A stretch of 64,000 nucleotides of DNA from Octopus bimaculoides (Eukaryota), in assembly GCF_001194135.2 (NCBI RefSeq), contig NC_068984.1, forward strand, positions 126,270,426 through 126,334,425. The letters run 5' to 3'. The notes under the pieces were generated by a model that did not search any database, was not told where the DNA came from, and worked only from the letters and a program-made list of their open reading frames with translations. This document shows positions 11,270-23,386 of the stretch, piece by piece; the stretch's first letter is position 1, and every line of letters starts with the position of its first letter. The translations under genes were made by a program, and so were the position numbers.

Positions 11270-12975
11270 CAGAGATGTTATTTCTTCTAGGTTTTTAAAA
11301 AATTTCTGCTGACTTCTTTTGTACTTTTGAGCTTGCTAGATGAATACCCCTCTCCCCTAGGTATCACTCTTTTTGTCCTTATACAGTTTTTACATCCTAC
11401 CACTCAACCGTTTTTCCAGTCTTTTCTTCTGGCATAACTGCAGCCCTGCATTTATTAATAGGTTAAAACATTAAAAGAAAACAAAGCAATTCTTATTTTC
11501 ATCTTTTAGATTTATTATTTTCTAGACTACACTTAGCATTTCTAGGATGAAGAACCCACTTCTTTCTCTCAAACTCACATACCTGTGGGTATGGAACACA
11601 CACATCTGGCACCTCCATCTCACACACGTGTCTAGGATACAGTATATACTTCACACACTCAGGGATACATCTAGGATGCTGCACTCCACAAGCATACACG
11701 CATTTATGACAAAGTGTCTACCTCATGCACACACCTCTCGATTAGTACATACATACACATGCAATGAATTACCAATGTCACACATGCATATGCATCTAGA
11801 ATGGAGTACCCACCTTATTCACGTTTACGTAGAAAACTGCATCTGAAATAAATCATCTACTTGTGACAATGAAATTTTATTCAGTAAAACTTTTGAAACC
11901 TGTCCACAGTTTAACTTTTACTGTAGAAGATGTGAATGTGTCGAAAAAAGCTATGGAAACTGTCTCTGTGTTCAGTTAACAAATAAATGAATTATATTTT
12001 TACCTAAATTAGTTTCTTGTATGCTTAAGTATTTCAACTTTAGTAAAATATGAAATGAAAAAGACAAACTTTTCAATTTGATATGAGTAATTGTGTTACA
12101 TTTTATACCAACGATAAAAGTTAGTGACATGTTGAACAATGATTATAGAAAGAACAGAAATTCACATTTTTTCTTAGCTGTTTTTTCATAGGGTTCCACC
12201 TGCTTAATATTAGCCAGGATATATTTTATGGTGGAGGGAATATATTTGATTTTAAAAAAAAATAACTTCTATTCAGTCATTTGTTTTAAAATGACTATAT
12301 TTAAATTAAAGCCATCCATCACAATTTTATTTCTGAACCTATAATGATTATTTTACTAAATTCCTAATTATTTCCAAAATTAATAGAAACAACTAAGCAT
12401 TGTTTTTGATTAGAAATATGGTTATGAGGGAATTAATTTATTACAGTATTATATTCCATATAAAGATTGAAATCTAGTCTATGACCATTTTTTAATTTCA
12501 TTAAATATGTGCAATCAGTTGAACCAAAGACATTTTCCCACTCATTTATGACCCATTTATTTCACTCCTGTGTGAAAGTTTATTTTTATTTTGAAAAAAT
12601 TATGTGAAAATTTGCTCAAAATTTTCTCTTTTGTGCTCCGACTTTTTTTTCTAAATAAAGATTTAAGACTTGATTCATTACTTTTGAAACCAATTTATTT
12701 ATGTAGATGGCTGTGTGAAGAAAAAGTTGAAAGATGAATGATAGTCTTTTATATTTATTTAGTTTTTAAATCATCCTTTCAGGGCATCTTTCAGACAAGT
12801 CCAATTGGCATTCAGCTTCAATATCTGTTTTGGAAAATCTTATAATTGTATGAGTGAAGGCATGTTTAAATCAATATGTATAGAATAATTAAAGCTGAGA
12901 GTTCATATGATAAATGTGTGTATCTATATATGTCGATATATATTTATATATATATATACACACACNNNNNNNNNN

Positions 12976-13018
<43 letters not shown>

Positions 13019-16000
13019 TACAACAACAACAAAGATAGAGAAAGGTATACTAAATACCATACAAGAGAAATTTATTGGAAATATCTTTGCTTTCAGATAA
13101 AGTAATGAAATGTCTTGTGACAGTAGTGACTGACTCCAAATGAGAAGGGAAGATGATTTCAAGAATCAAGAATTGATATATCATTAAGGGAAAGATGATA
13201 TTTTAATCCTGGAGACAAGAGGACAGCTGTTGGCACATTTGTATCCCATTGGCCATCAGCAACACAGAAGTTGTCCTATCTTAACTGCAGCCATAAATAC
13301 AACTTAGACATCAATAAATGAATTTATTTTGTATGTTATTTGGTACACCTTTCTTTGTTGTTATTGTGCAAATTTATGCCACTAGCCATTCTGATTTGTT
13401 TGTCTCAGTTCATTTTCATTTTAACTATGCCAATAGATACCTTAGCCCATAAATGTTCTCTACTGTTTTTAGATATTGCATTTGTTGATGAAATGAACAG
13501 ATTATGCAATAATGAACAAAATCCTGAAATGTGATTTTGCACAGTTTAAATTTACATTGACAGATGATGCTTAAGAATGCATATGCAAATGTGAGGAAAC
13601 AAGGTGTTGACCTGCAGAAACCTGCAATTTATGTTGGTCTATCAGCCTACAGACCACATTAATTACAAGGATATATGGATTATCACAATCGTTTTTGTAT
13701 TAATGTTCATGTTTGCATGGGTTAGACAGATTGAGGAAGATTTTCTACAGCCAGATGCTCTCCTTGTTGCCAACCCTTACATGTTACGAAGCAAGGTAAT
13801 ATTTCCCCACAGCCAGACATGTTTTCATGGAAAATTGGAAACAAATGGCACTGTTTACATGAGTTAAACTCACAACTATCATGCAATGTCAAGGCAAGCA
13901 GACATACATATATGCATATATATGATAGTCTTCTTTCAGTCTTCATCTACCAAATTTAGTCACAAGATTTTTGGTTGGCCATATGCTATAGTACAAGACA
14001 CTTGCCCTATGTGCCGTGCAGTGAGACTGAACCCCAAACCACGTGGTTTGTAAGCAAGCTTCTTAACCACACAACCAATAACCCTTGTAGGAACAAATCA
14101 AAGTGAGAATCATAAAATATGCCACTGAAATTGAAATGTTAACCTAAGTTTTGTATTGTCCTATAATTACTGGTGTGTTCTAATTTAGCGCATTGTACGG
14201 AAAGTTGAAATGTTTAGATTTGGGTTACGAAAACTAATTTTTTTTCAGGAATCTGCTCAAGTCTCTTGTGATGACTAAGAAAGTCAAGGATCACTAAAAG
14301 TAATGCTTAGGATGTGTATATTGGATGTCACCAATTGTAATGGTATAATTGGTTTAGATATAAAATTTGACTATTATTGGTAGATTAGCATAAAGTTTGG
14401 TGGAGGCTACACATGACAAGTTGAGAAGGCTGCATGTTGGTAATTTCAGGATTCTTGAAATAAATTGACATCTCCGTAGATGTCTTGTTGGCTCTGTGCT
14501 GATTGGATAGTACTTTTATAAATTCCTCATTTCAGAAATAGAGAATTGTATTATCCAATTGGTATGGAGTTGACATAAGGCATCAAAGATTTATAAACCT
14601 TAGAAATTCACACTGATACTGCCTATGGGCATAGCATAGTAGATAAAGGCTTTGAAATGCAGTGCAATCATGTAGAGGCTCTGAGTTCAATCTCAGGCAA
14701 GGTACTAAAGCGAATCACAAGACACCAAAATGTAGTGAAAACAATAATCAAGATAAGGACACCACTTTTATTCAATCATTAGCAATTTTAATTACACTCT
14801 TATTTGAGTTGGAAGATTACAAATGCTAGTCTGTTAGAGAATTTCTGGTTGTTGTTGAACATGGCTCACTAAGTTAATATGAAAGGAAGCAGATAGTAAT
14901 AAAGCTCATGAAAGATTTGCCATTGATAAGTTGGTTGATAGAAAAAAAGAGTGAGAAAGGCAGCAAGCTGGCATCTTTACGTTCTGAGTTCAAATTCTGC
15001 CGAGGTTGACTTTGCCTTTCATTCTTTTGGGGGTCGATAAATTAAGTACCAGTTGTGTACTGGCATCGATCTAATCAACTGGCCTCCTCCCTAAAAATTT
15101 CGGGCCTTGTGACTAAAGTAGAAAAGTAAAAATTCATGAGAGAAATTACTGCTCTGAAAGTTGCAAAGTAGAGAGGATAAGAGGGGCATGTTACAACCAC
15201 CAAATGATGAGAGAAAAAGAGACATAGTAACTCTCTGACAGTGCTGAAGAAAGAAGGGATATTTTGTTAGAAATGTCTTGTTTTTATATTTGATCTCAAC
15301 TAAGAAATAGGTCTGTATAACAATGAAAATTTGGTAAGTTATCTGGGTTGAACTGAATGAGACAGGGAGTGGGGGAGGGGGAAGAATAGCTTGTATGCAT
15401 AGATGGCCATGATTTTACTTAGCTTGATGTGTCTTCTCAAGTATAGCAAATTACCAGAAGTTGCAGTCCCTTCTCATCTTTTCATACTTCTTATATACGG
15501 TTATTCCACCTCAGCTTTTGAAATGATGGGAATCTTTTTATGAAAAAAAGTATTTGGGAGAATTTATGATGTTTTTAACCATCTTCCCTCACCACTTTCA
15601 CTGGACCGATTTGGGCCCATTTTTTTGTTTGCACTACGCTCACATAAACCATGGGATAAGCCTTTTCAGTAAAAAATAAAAAAGCAAATATTTACAGACA
15701 GAAAGGTGATTTAAAGGAAATTTGACTGTTGTTTCTAGCACATCCCATGACCACCTCGTTTCTTCTTCACATGTATTGATGTTTTTCAATATTTCTCTCT
15801 ATAAAAACATTTATGCTATTAAAAAAAAAAATTTGGAAAATTTACATTTTCAACCTCTTCCTCCCATTGTTTCTGTTTGTAATTTTAAAATATTGGAGAG
15901 AGCATAAGGTCATTCCTGGGATTTTAAATCCAGTGATTAAAAAAGAGGTATGCAAAAGTTAATTTATCGTCTAATTTATTTTAATAACAACCTACTTTTC

Positions 16001-16329
16001 TGTTAGTTAATATATTTTTTCTTACACATGCACAGACTTGTTTGATTCGGGGGCGGGGGTTAGAAATTCAAATTACAATATTTTTTCTAACTTATAGCCC
16101 AGCAATGGACCACGCGTGTGTTACTTCTGCATCATCATTCCATAAAATGGGTTTATGGTGAGAAAATATTAAGATGGTCGTGGAATGTGCTAGAAACAAC
16201 AGCAAAGCCTCCTTTACATCACACACCCTTTCGTCTGAAAATATTTACAATTTGTTTTCTTTTACTGAAAATGCTTCTCCCACAGTTTTTAAGTGCAGAG
16301 TACAAAAAAAAAAAAAAAANNNNNNNNNN

Positions 16330-16600
16330 GAACAAATCGACCCCAGGACTTATTCTTTGGAAGCCTAGTACTTATTCTATCGGTCTATTTTGCCGAACCG
16401 CTAAGTCACGGGGACGTAAACACACCACCAGGCGATGCTGGGGGGGGGGGGACAAACACAGACACACAAACATACATATATATACATCCGACGGGTTTCT
16501 TTCAGTTTCCGTCTACCAAATCCACTCACAAGGCTTTGGTCGGCCCGAGGCTATAGTAGAAGGCACTTGCCCAAGGTGTCACGCAGTGGGAATGAACCCG
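16330..16600 (-). mobile_element. SINE family A
   Basis: Reverse-complement match to the family A body. Confidence 0.85.
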
Positions 16601-17404
16601 AAAAATATAAAATTTTCGAAAATTATTTTCCAACCATACTTTCCAAGGCCATGGTAAAAAAAAAATTGGAAAACTCCGTTAAAACGCAGAAAATCCAACT
16701 TATATGGGCGTCCTGATCCGAAACTCCGCCAGTTACGCACTGTTGTTTCAAACAAATCTGAAAACAAAAGGAAAAAAAAACAAAACAAAAAGGTACAGAA
16801 ATTAACGAAGATAGGGCTAGTAAGAACGATATGATACTCTTCCAAACATTTTTGTTCCCAAACTTCATCCCTATAATTTTAATCTGCATCCTCGGAAACG
16901 TATCTGAAAAAAAAAATCATTAAAAACATGTACTTTTGTAGAAAGTTATGAATAAACAAGATCGAGAGATAAATATTAGTTCCTATTCCTTTTGGCAGGC
17001 GATGTTAAAATTTTGTGATAAATTAACGGTAATTTCTTCCTTAGACATGAGACTTCGAATTTGGAGGAACGTATCATACCAACACCAGTTACTTAGTTTA
17101 TCTACTCTGGAAGGACAAAAGTTTGTTGCCCTCGGCGGCATTCAAACATCTTCAAACAGCTGTAGTTAAATACCGCACGTCTTTTTGTCCATGTTTTATC
17201 GCACCAAAGTTCATAGGCCACAGAACTACTTCTGAAGAACTACATTTTTTCTGCAAGCTTGTACGGTTTATATGAGGAAAAGAAATCTTCGCGGAAGTTC
17301 GGTATAACTGAGGTAGTGTACGTGATAAGTTATTGTAGGTGACATAATTACCCACGCAACGTAACTTATGGTTTGTCTTTATTGACCGGCTGTGAGTACT
17401 TTAA

Positions 17405-17485
17405 ACGACGTCAGCCAATCAGAAGGTTAATAAGTGTTCACGTGATTGGTATCTTCCACCCTCCCCCTTTCAGCGCCATCTTGCA
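17405..17485 (+). promoter_or_regulatory. SLC25A3 core promoter: CRE-like, CCAAT, E-box, inverted CCAAT, pyrimidine tract, YY1-like motif
   Basis: GACGTCA 17407-13; CCAAT 17415-19; TCACGTGA 17438-45; ATTGG 17445-49; C/T tract about 17452-17471; CGCCATCTTG 17474-83. Locally CpG-rich. Confidence 0.65.
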
Positions 17486-17500
17486 TTGTAGTCACCGGAG
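17450..17500 (+). other. SLC25A3: SLC25A3 non-coding exon 1 (start approximate)
   Basis: Donor GAG|GTTAGT at 17500/17501. A 151-nt intron ends in TTACAG at 17651, 10 nt before the ATG. Confidence 0.55.
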
Positions 17501-17661
17501 GTTAGTTCGCTTTCTCTCATCTCTCTTCTTATTTTTACCTTCTATTATTGATCATATTTATTTATTCAGTTAAATATTAAGACTTAAAGAACTGTCACAA
17601 CAATATCTATTGTCAAATGCTATAATTCTCTGTTTTGCCCCCATATTACAGGCTTTCAAAA

Positions 17662-17785
17662 ATGTTCGAGTCTCTTATAAAGGCAGCCAAGGTGAACCCA
17701 CCATTCAGTAATCCATTCTATGCCAAGTGCGAAAGCTTGCTGCCTGTTAATGAAACTCGGACAATAGCGGCAGCCAATGCAGCAG
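17662..17785 (+). CDS. SLC25A3: Mitochondrial phosphate carrier, coding exon 1 (MFESLIKAAKVNPPFSNPF...TIAAANAA)
   Basis: Presequence-like peptide. Donor CAG|GTGAGT, phase 1, joins in frame to the next exon. Confidence 0.85.
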
Positions 17786-19029
17786 GTGAGTCTTCATACA
17801 TCTTAATATAATAATCTATCAACCAGCACCTCTGTTATTATATCACAAAAGAAATAATAATTATTATTATAACTTGTCATTTCGTCATTTTCCACCTCGT
17901 TATTCACGTGGAGGTCGAACGAAGGCCTACTCTTAATAAAACATCGACAATTGTTCGTGACATTCTACTTGTTTTCTTTTTTGATGTGTGTTATTTTGCG
18001 GAGGCTACTTAACCTCGTGGTTACGTCGATCGAGGTAATCGAAAATTTTCTTTCTTTGAAGGCTGTTCAGCCACTCCTATCAAAAATATCCTGTCACAGA
18101 TATTTCCCCATTCTGTTTTACTCATTTCTCTCATCCTTATACATATAAGCTAAAGCTGTATTTAATGTTCTTTGTCTCATGATGTGTCAGTATAACTTTT
18201 GAAGATGTCAAGTTAATAAATGTAATAAACTGGCGAAGATGTGAAAGTGTTGTTGATGTAGCATGACCTTGTCTTTTTATTAAACTCCCGTGATAGAGGT
18301 TATGTTCACTGATGGAATCTTGTGACGGTCAATTTAGCCTTTCATCTTTCCGGGACCGATTAAATATCAACCAATTATTGCATCGACTAAATTCGCAGTT
18401 TTATGTCTTTAAAAATCATTATTATAGAAGCTATAATATGAATGCCGACTTGACAGGTGACTGTATTCATGTTTGAAGGACAACCACTGATCTGTTTCTA
18501 CCCTGTATACATACCTCACACTAATACACATAATACGTAAGTTAGCTTACTAATCCGACTTTTATCACTTCAGATGTCCTTGAGAATTAGTTTAATGCGA
18601 GAAAGTTAAAATCTTACTCGTAGTGTGTAATAAGTTGTCTAAATAACACGTTCAATCACTGTTTAAACTGTCATATGTGTGTGTCATTATTTCTGATCTT
18701 TGCCTAGTGTAGTCTTACATTCCCTGACATTCATGTTATCGTATCACTGAAGTATGTCTCCACAAAGGTGAAGTAGGTGATGTTGCTGTAGTATCCTGGT
18801 TACATAATACAAATGTTTTCTTAATCAAATTCCTGTCTCTGAATATAATCTCAGCTATTTTATTTACAAAAAAAAGTACCCTGCCATATGTTTTTGTCCT
18901 TCTCCAGTTGGGTTGGTGTCTTTTCTGATTTATTTCTGCTAAGAAAAATAATGCATGTACTGTTATGTTTTAAGTACCGAAAATAGATGTATTCAGATTA
19001 CTTCGATCTGTTTTCATATATTGATAGCG

Positions 19030-19350
19030 AGATTCCATAATCAGGGGGAGGTAATAAAAGTATTGGAAATCGACAACTATTTATGGAAATGCTTTTGTTT
19101 TTTTAAAATTATTATGTCATTTGCCGTGTACGTGTAAATCCGTGAATTGTTTTCAATAGACATCATCATTAATGAATTTATATTCTAATTGTGAACATCA
19201 GTAATGATTTAGAATTTTATATACCCATTAACTGATCTTCACACCAAAACGACTGAAAACATTTGGAAAATATGTACAATCTCTCAATTATGTGTAGCGT
19301 ACAAAGAACAACTTCACCAAGTCACTTCGATGAATACATGTGGCGTCAAT
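19030..19350 (+). pseudogene. Merlin (ISXO2-like) transposase catalytic-domain remnant in SLC25A3 intron
   Basis: GEVIKVLEIDN, NFIYPLTDLHTKTTENIW and SHFDEYMWR correspond to the VEIDE, NFVDPxTGxHTxxIExxW and SYLDEFMWR motifs. Confidence 0.65.
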
Positions 19351-20029
19351 TAAGAAACACGTGCTGATTGGTTCATCCTTTAAATTGAATACATAAAGGA
19401 CATTTTCAACTAAATAAGTCTACTTTTTTTTTAATCTTTAATAACTGAATATAAATTCTTTTCATAGATCTCTCTGATTTTGAGATGGGACCTCAGTACG
19501 ATCTAGGAGCTATTATCCTTAGATAACTCAATCACGAGTCACTGTATACAGTAAACTCATGATTCAGTTTTTGACACCAAGTTGACCTCCTTCAGTGTTT
19601 ATCTTGTGTATTCTTGATACCTTTACCCTTTATATTGTTTGCAAGTTTTTTAAAACTCTATTTCGGATATCTCCTTGACAATAGAACTCTGGAGTATTCC
19701 TCTAATATACTTCGAATGACCTCTCTCCGACAACATTAGGCGATCACCCTCTGTGTATAATTTTTCTACGTCATTTTAACTATTTTAAGATTGTCAAGAG
19801 CGACAGCCCATGTCGGACCTGTGGTGTTAGTACTTTAGGTTGGTTTTCTTGCTATTCTGGTGTTATAAAGTCATCTGATTATTTCTCTGGTAGCTGCTTA
19901 TCTATAGGGTTGGTGATTTGTCTCAATTCATGTTATATCAACTACTGCCGAGCAGATCTTTATTCCATTTGAAATCTAGATGTAAATCGTTTTAAACCTG
20001 TTGTATGTATCTCTGTGTCTATAGATAGG

Positions 20030-20370
20030 AGTGTGTGTGTGTGTTTTTTAATATATCGTGGTACTCCGTCGGTTCCAGTGAAATTAACGTGCAAGCGGCT
20101 GAGCACTCCATAGATACGTGTACCCTTAACGTAATTCTCGGGGAGATACAGTGTGACAAGGCTGGCCCTTTGAAATACAGGCACAACAGAAACAGGAAGA
20201 AAGAGGGAGAGAAAGTTGTGGTGAAGGAGTACAGCAGGGTTCGCCACCACCCCCGGTCGGAGCCTCGTGGAACTATAGATGTTTCCGCTCAATAAACACA
20301 CAACGCCCGGTCTGGGAATCAAAACCGCGATCACACGACCGCAAGTCTGCTACCCTAACCACTGGGCCAC
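20030..20370 (-). mobile_element. tRNA-derived SINE, family C
   Basis: Reverse-complement match to the 63585-63972 copy. Confidence 0.8.
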
Positions 20371-20374
20371 TTTT

Positions 20375-20401
20375 CCATCTATCTCTTTCTCTCTCTCTCT
20401 T

Positions 20402-20432
<31 letters not shown>

Positions 20433-20451
20433 TTCTCTCTCTCTCTTTCTT

Positions 20452-20512
<61 letters not shown>

Positions 20513-20550
20513 ATGTATGTATATATATATATATATGAGAGAGAGAGATA
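20375..20550. repeat. (CT)n / (TA)n / (GA)n compound microsatellite
   Basis: Seen directly. Confidence 0.95.
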
Positions 20551-21067
20551 TGCGTATGTATAGATAGTGTATGCAAGTGCTAATGTTGAAATTTTGCTTG
20601 TCACACTGCTTGAGTGTGGTGGTACTCTCGGCATTATAACCAGTCAATCTGCACTTTGGAAGACCTATGGAATATAAAAACCTAGTGAAAGTTGGCAACA
20701 GGAAGAGCATCTGGCCAGTTAATTCTGCCTCAAAATCAGTTCTCATCTTAGCCATATTAACTTAGATTAAGATGTTAAATGAATGATATGATATTTAACT
20801 GACTAGTGCCTCTTTTAGTCCTCCTCATTTATATAAAATAAACATTTTAAAAATTTATTTTTCCAACCTTAGTGAGGTACATTATATTTGCTATTGATTT
20901 ATTGACTAGAAATAGTTTATTATTTTGAATATATTAAAAATTATCTACTAACAAGAGTGATATCCTCTACATAAGATTAGCTTCATTATATTCTCTAACA
21001 ATTATATCACTTCTCACTGTATTTCTCATGACAATCCTGTTAAAACTAATATTTATTTCTTTTTCAG

Positions 21068-21372
21068 AAACCACCAGCTGTGAATATGGTTCTGCCAAAT
21101 ATTATGCTTTGTGTGGTTTTGGTGGTATTTTAAGTTGTGGTATTACACACACTGCTGTTGTTCCTTTGGATTTGGTAAAATGCCGAATCCAGGTTGATCC
21201 TGCAAAGTATGGCAACATTTTCAATGGTTTTAGAGTTACCATCAAAGAAGATGGAAAAGTTGGTTTAACTCGAGGATGGGCTCCTACATTTATCGGATAT
21301 TCTTTGCAAGGTCTTGGGAAGTTTGGTTTCTATGAAGTCTTCAAAGTAACATATAGTAATATACTTGGTGAA
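21068..21372 (+). CDS. SLC25A3: Mitochondrial phosphate carrier, coding exon 2
   Basis: TTTTCAG acceptor; ETTSCEYGS...VPLDLVKCRIQVDP...YSNILGE; GTAAGT donor, phase 0. Confidence 0.97.
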
Positions 21373-21624
21373 GTAAGTTTATTCTTAGTTCTCTCTATTA
21401 CATAAAACTATTAAGTTTACTTAATCTCTCACTAATTGCCACAATAGTTATATCTTACCAGATGTCACCATTGGCTGTTATTCACTAGATGTCATCGATA
21501 TGTTTCCACCAGATATCATAGTTATGACTGTAACTAGATGTTGTGATTCTCTCCCTGTATTATTGTCTACCAGGTGTCATCTTAGTTACACCTCATTGGA
21601 TGTCCTGTTGGAAATACTACTCTT

Positions 21625-21965
21625 TGACTTGTTTCAGTCATTTGACTGCGGTCATGCTAGAGCACCGAACAAATTGACCCCAAGACTTATTCTTTGTAAG
21701 CCTAGTACTTATTCTATAGGTCTCTTGCCGAACCACTAAGTTATAGGGGTGTAAGCTCATCAACGTTGGTTGTTGAGCGATGGTGGGGGACAAACACACA
21801 TAAATATATATATATATATAAACGACAGGCTTCTTTTAGTTTCCGTATACCACAGCCACTCACAAGGCTTTGGTTGGCTCGAGACTAGAAGACACTTGCC
21901 CAAGGTGCTACATGGTGGGACTGAACCCGAAAGCATGTGGTTGGGAAGCAAGCTTCTTAACATAC
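21625..21965 (-). mobile_element. SINE family A
   Basis: Reverse-complement match to family A. Confidence 0.8.
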
Positions 21966-22273
21966 AGCCATGCCTGTTGTGTATTATTTCATGGATCATT
22001 GATTTTAACAAAAGTTGGTATTTTACCAAAAGTTACATGGTTAGAGGTGTTGTGTGTAGGTGGATGTGTTAGTCTTTTTGTCTTGATGTGATGATTGTAA
22101 ATGAGCATCACCGTTTTAGAAAAAGTGTCCTTCGTTTGTCCTTCAGTGAAAACGTTTGGCCTTGGAGAAATATCTTAGTTGGAAACTAAGGGTTGCTGAC
22201 AGAAAGGGTATCCAGCTGTAGAAAATTTGCATCCAATCCAGATAAATGTAGAAGTGTATATATATATATATAT

Positions 22274-22620
22274 NNNNNNNNNNCACCACCTTGTCCCATG
22301 TCTTCCTGGGTCTACCTCTTCCACAGATTCCCTTCACAGTTAGAGATTGGCACTTCTTTACGCAACTGTCCTTGTCCATACTTATCACGTTACTGTACCA
22401 GTGCAGTCTCTCTTGCACACCATATCTGATCCCTCTTGTACCCAGTTTTTCTCTTGATGCTACGACTGTGTTGTACCTGCACACTGATGTTGCACATTCA
22501 TTTCTTTCAAGCCTTCACATGTCCTCTGTGGCCACAGCCCATGTTTCACTGCCATGTAGCATGGCTGTTCACACACAGGCATCATACAATTTGCCTTTCA
22601 CTCTGAGAGAGAGAGAGAGG
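22274..22620 (-). mobile_element. RTE-clade LINE ORF2 C-terminal remnant
   Basis: VQERLHWYSNV...CGRGRPRKTW. A similar remnant lies at about 24290-24560. Confidence 0.75.
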
Positions 22621-23239
22621 CCCTACCCAACCTACTCTTATTCTAGCAATTACACTTTTGGAGCACCCATCTCCTGATGCTAGTTTGGTCACCTAGATAA
22701 CGGAAGCTATCAACTACTAGGTATCCTCCCTGGCATTTGATGGAGTCTATTTTCTGTACATTTCTAGTGTTTATTGTATCTGTACATCTGCCACACATAC
22801 TGACTATATTCCATGTTAACCTTCCTCTGATATTGCTGCATCTCTTACATGTCCATAGCTTGCATTGGGTACATCTTATGAAGTTTCTACCTACACCGTT
22901 TCTACATTTCGAGCAGGACCTTCTAACACATAGAAAATTATATAAAACTAAAAATATTATACAGTAGAAAACTAAAAATTAATAAGAAAAGGTGTTACTT
23001 CTGCTGCACCTTGTTATTGTCATCATCTGTTTTCCACGCTGGCATGCATTGGATGGTTTGACTGGAGCTGGTAAGGTTGAGGGCTGCACCAGACTCCAAT
23101 TGTCCGTTTTGGCATGGTTTTTATGGTTCGATGCCCTTCCTAACACCAGCCACTTTACTGAATGTATTGGGTGCTATTTATGTGACACCAGCATTGGGAA
23201 CAATTCTGCTGTGGTGGACATATCTATCATTTTTTTTAA

Positions 23240-23386
23240 CCCTTTAGCATTTAGATTTCTTTGTCAAATGTATTGCTTATTCATTCACATTGTTTTGAAT
23301 TAATGTGAGAGGTTGGATATGGTCAGTTTTGGCATGAAACAAGTCAAATATTTGGGCTGGATGTAGCTGGATTAAATGCTAATGGG
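23240..23386. mobile_element. piggyBac-type MITE
   Basis: TTAA|CCCTTTAGCATTT ... AAATGCTAATGGG|TTAG. Related copies at about 27197-27262 and 30463-30619. Confidence 0.6.

Noticed and set aside
11530-11830. His/Thr-rich ORFs
   Set aside because: These are translations of a degenerate CA-rich minisatellite with recurring TCTAGGAT, without splice or homology support.
19190-19243. About 17-bp stem hairpin resembling a pre-miRNA or C/D snoRNA
   Set aside because: It is short, has an imperfect C box and lies inside the Merlin coding remnant, so chance is the simpler explanation.
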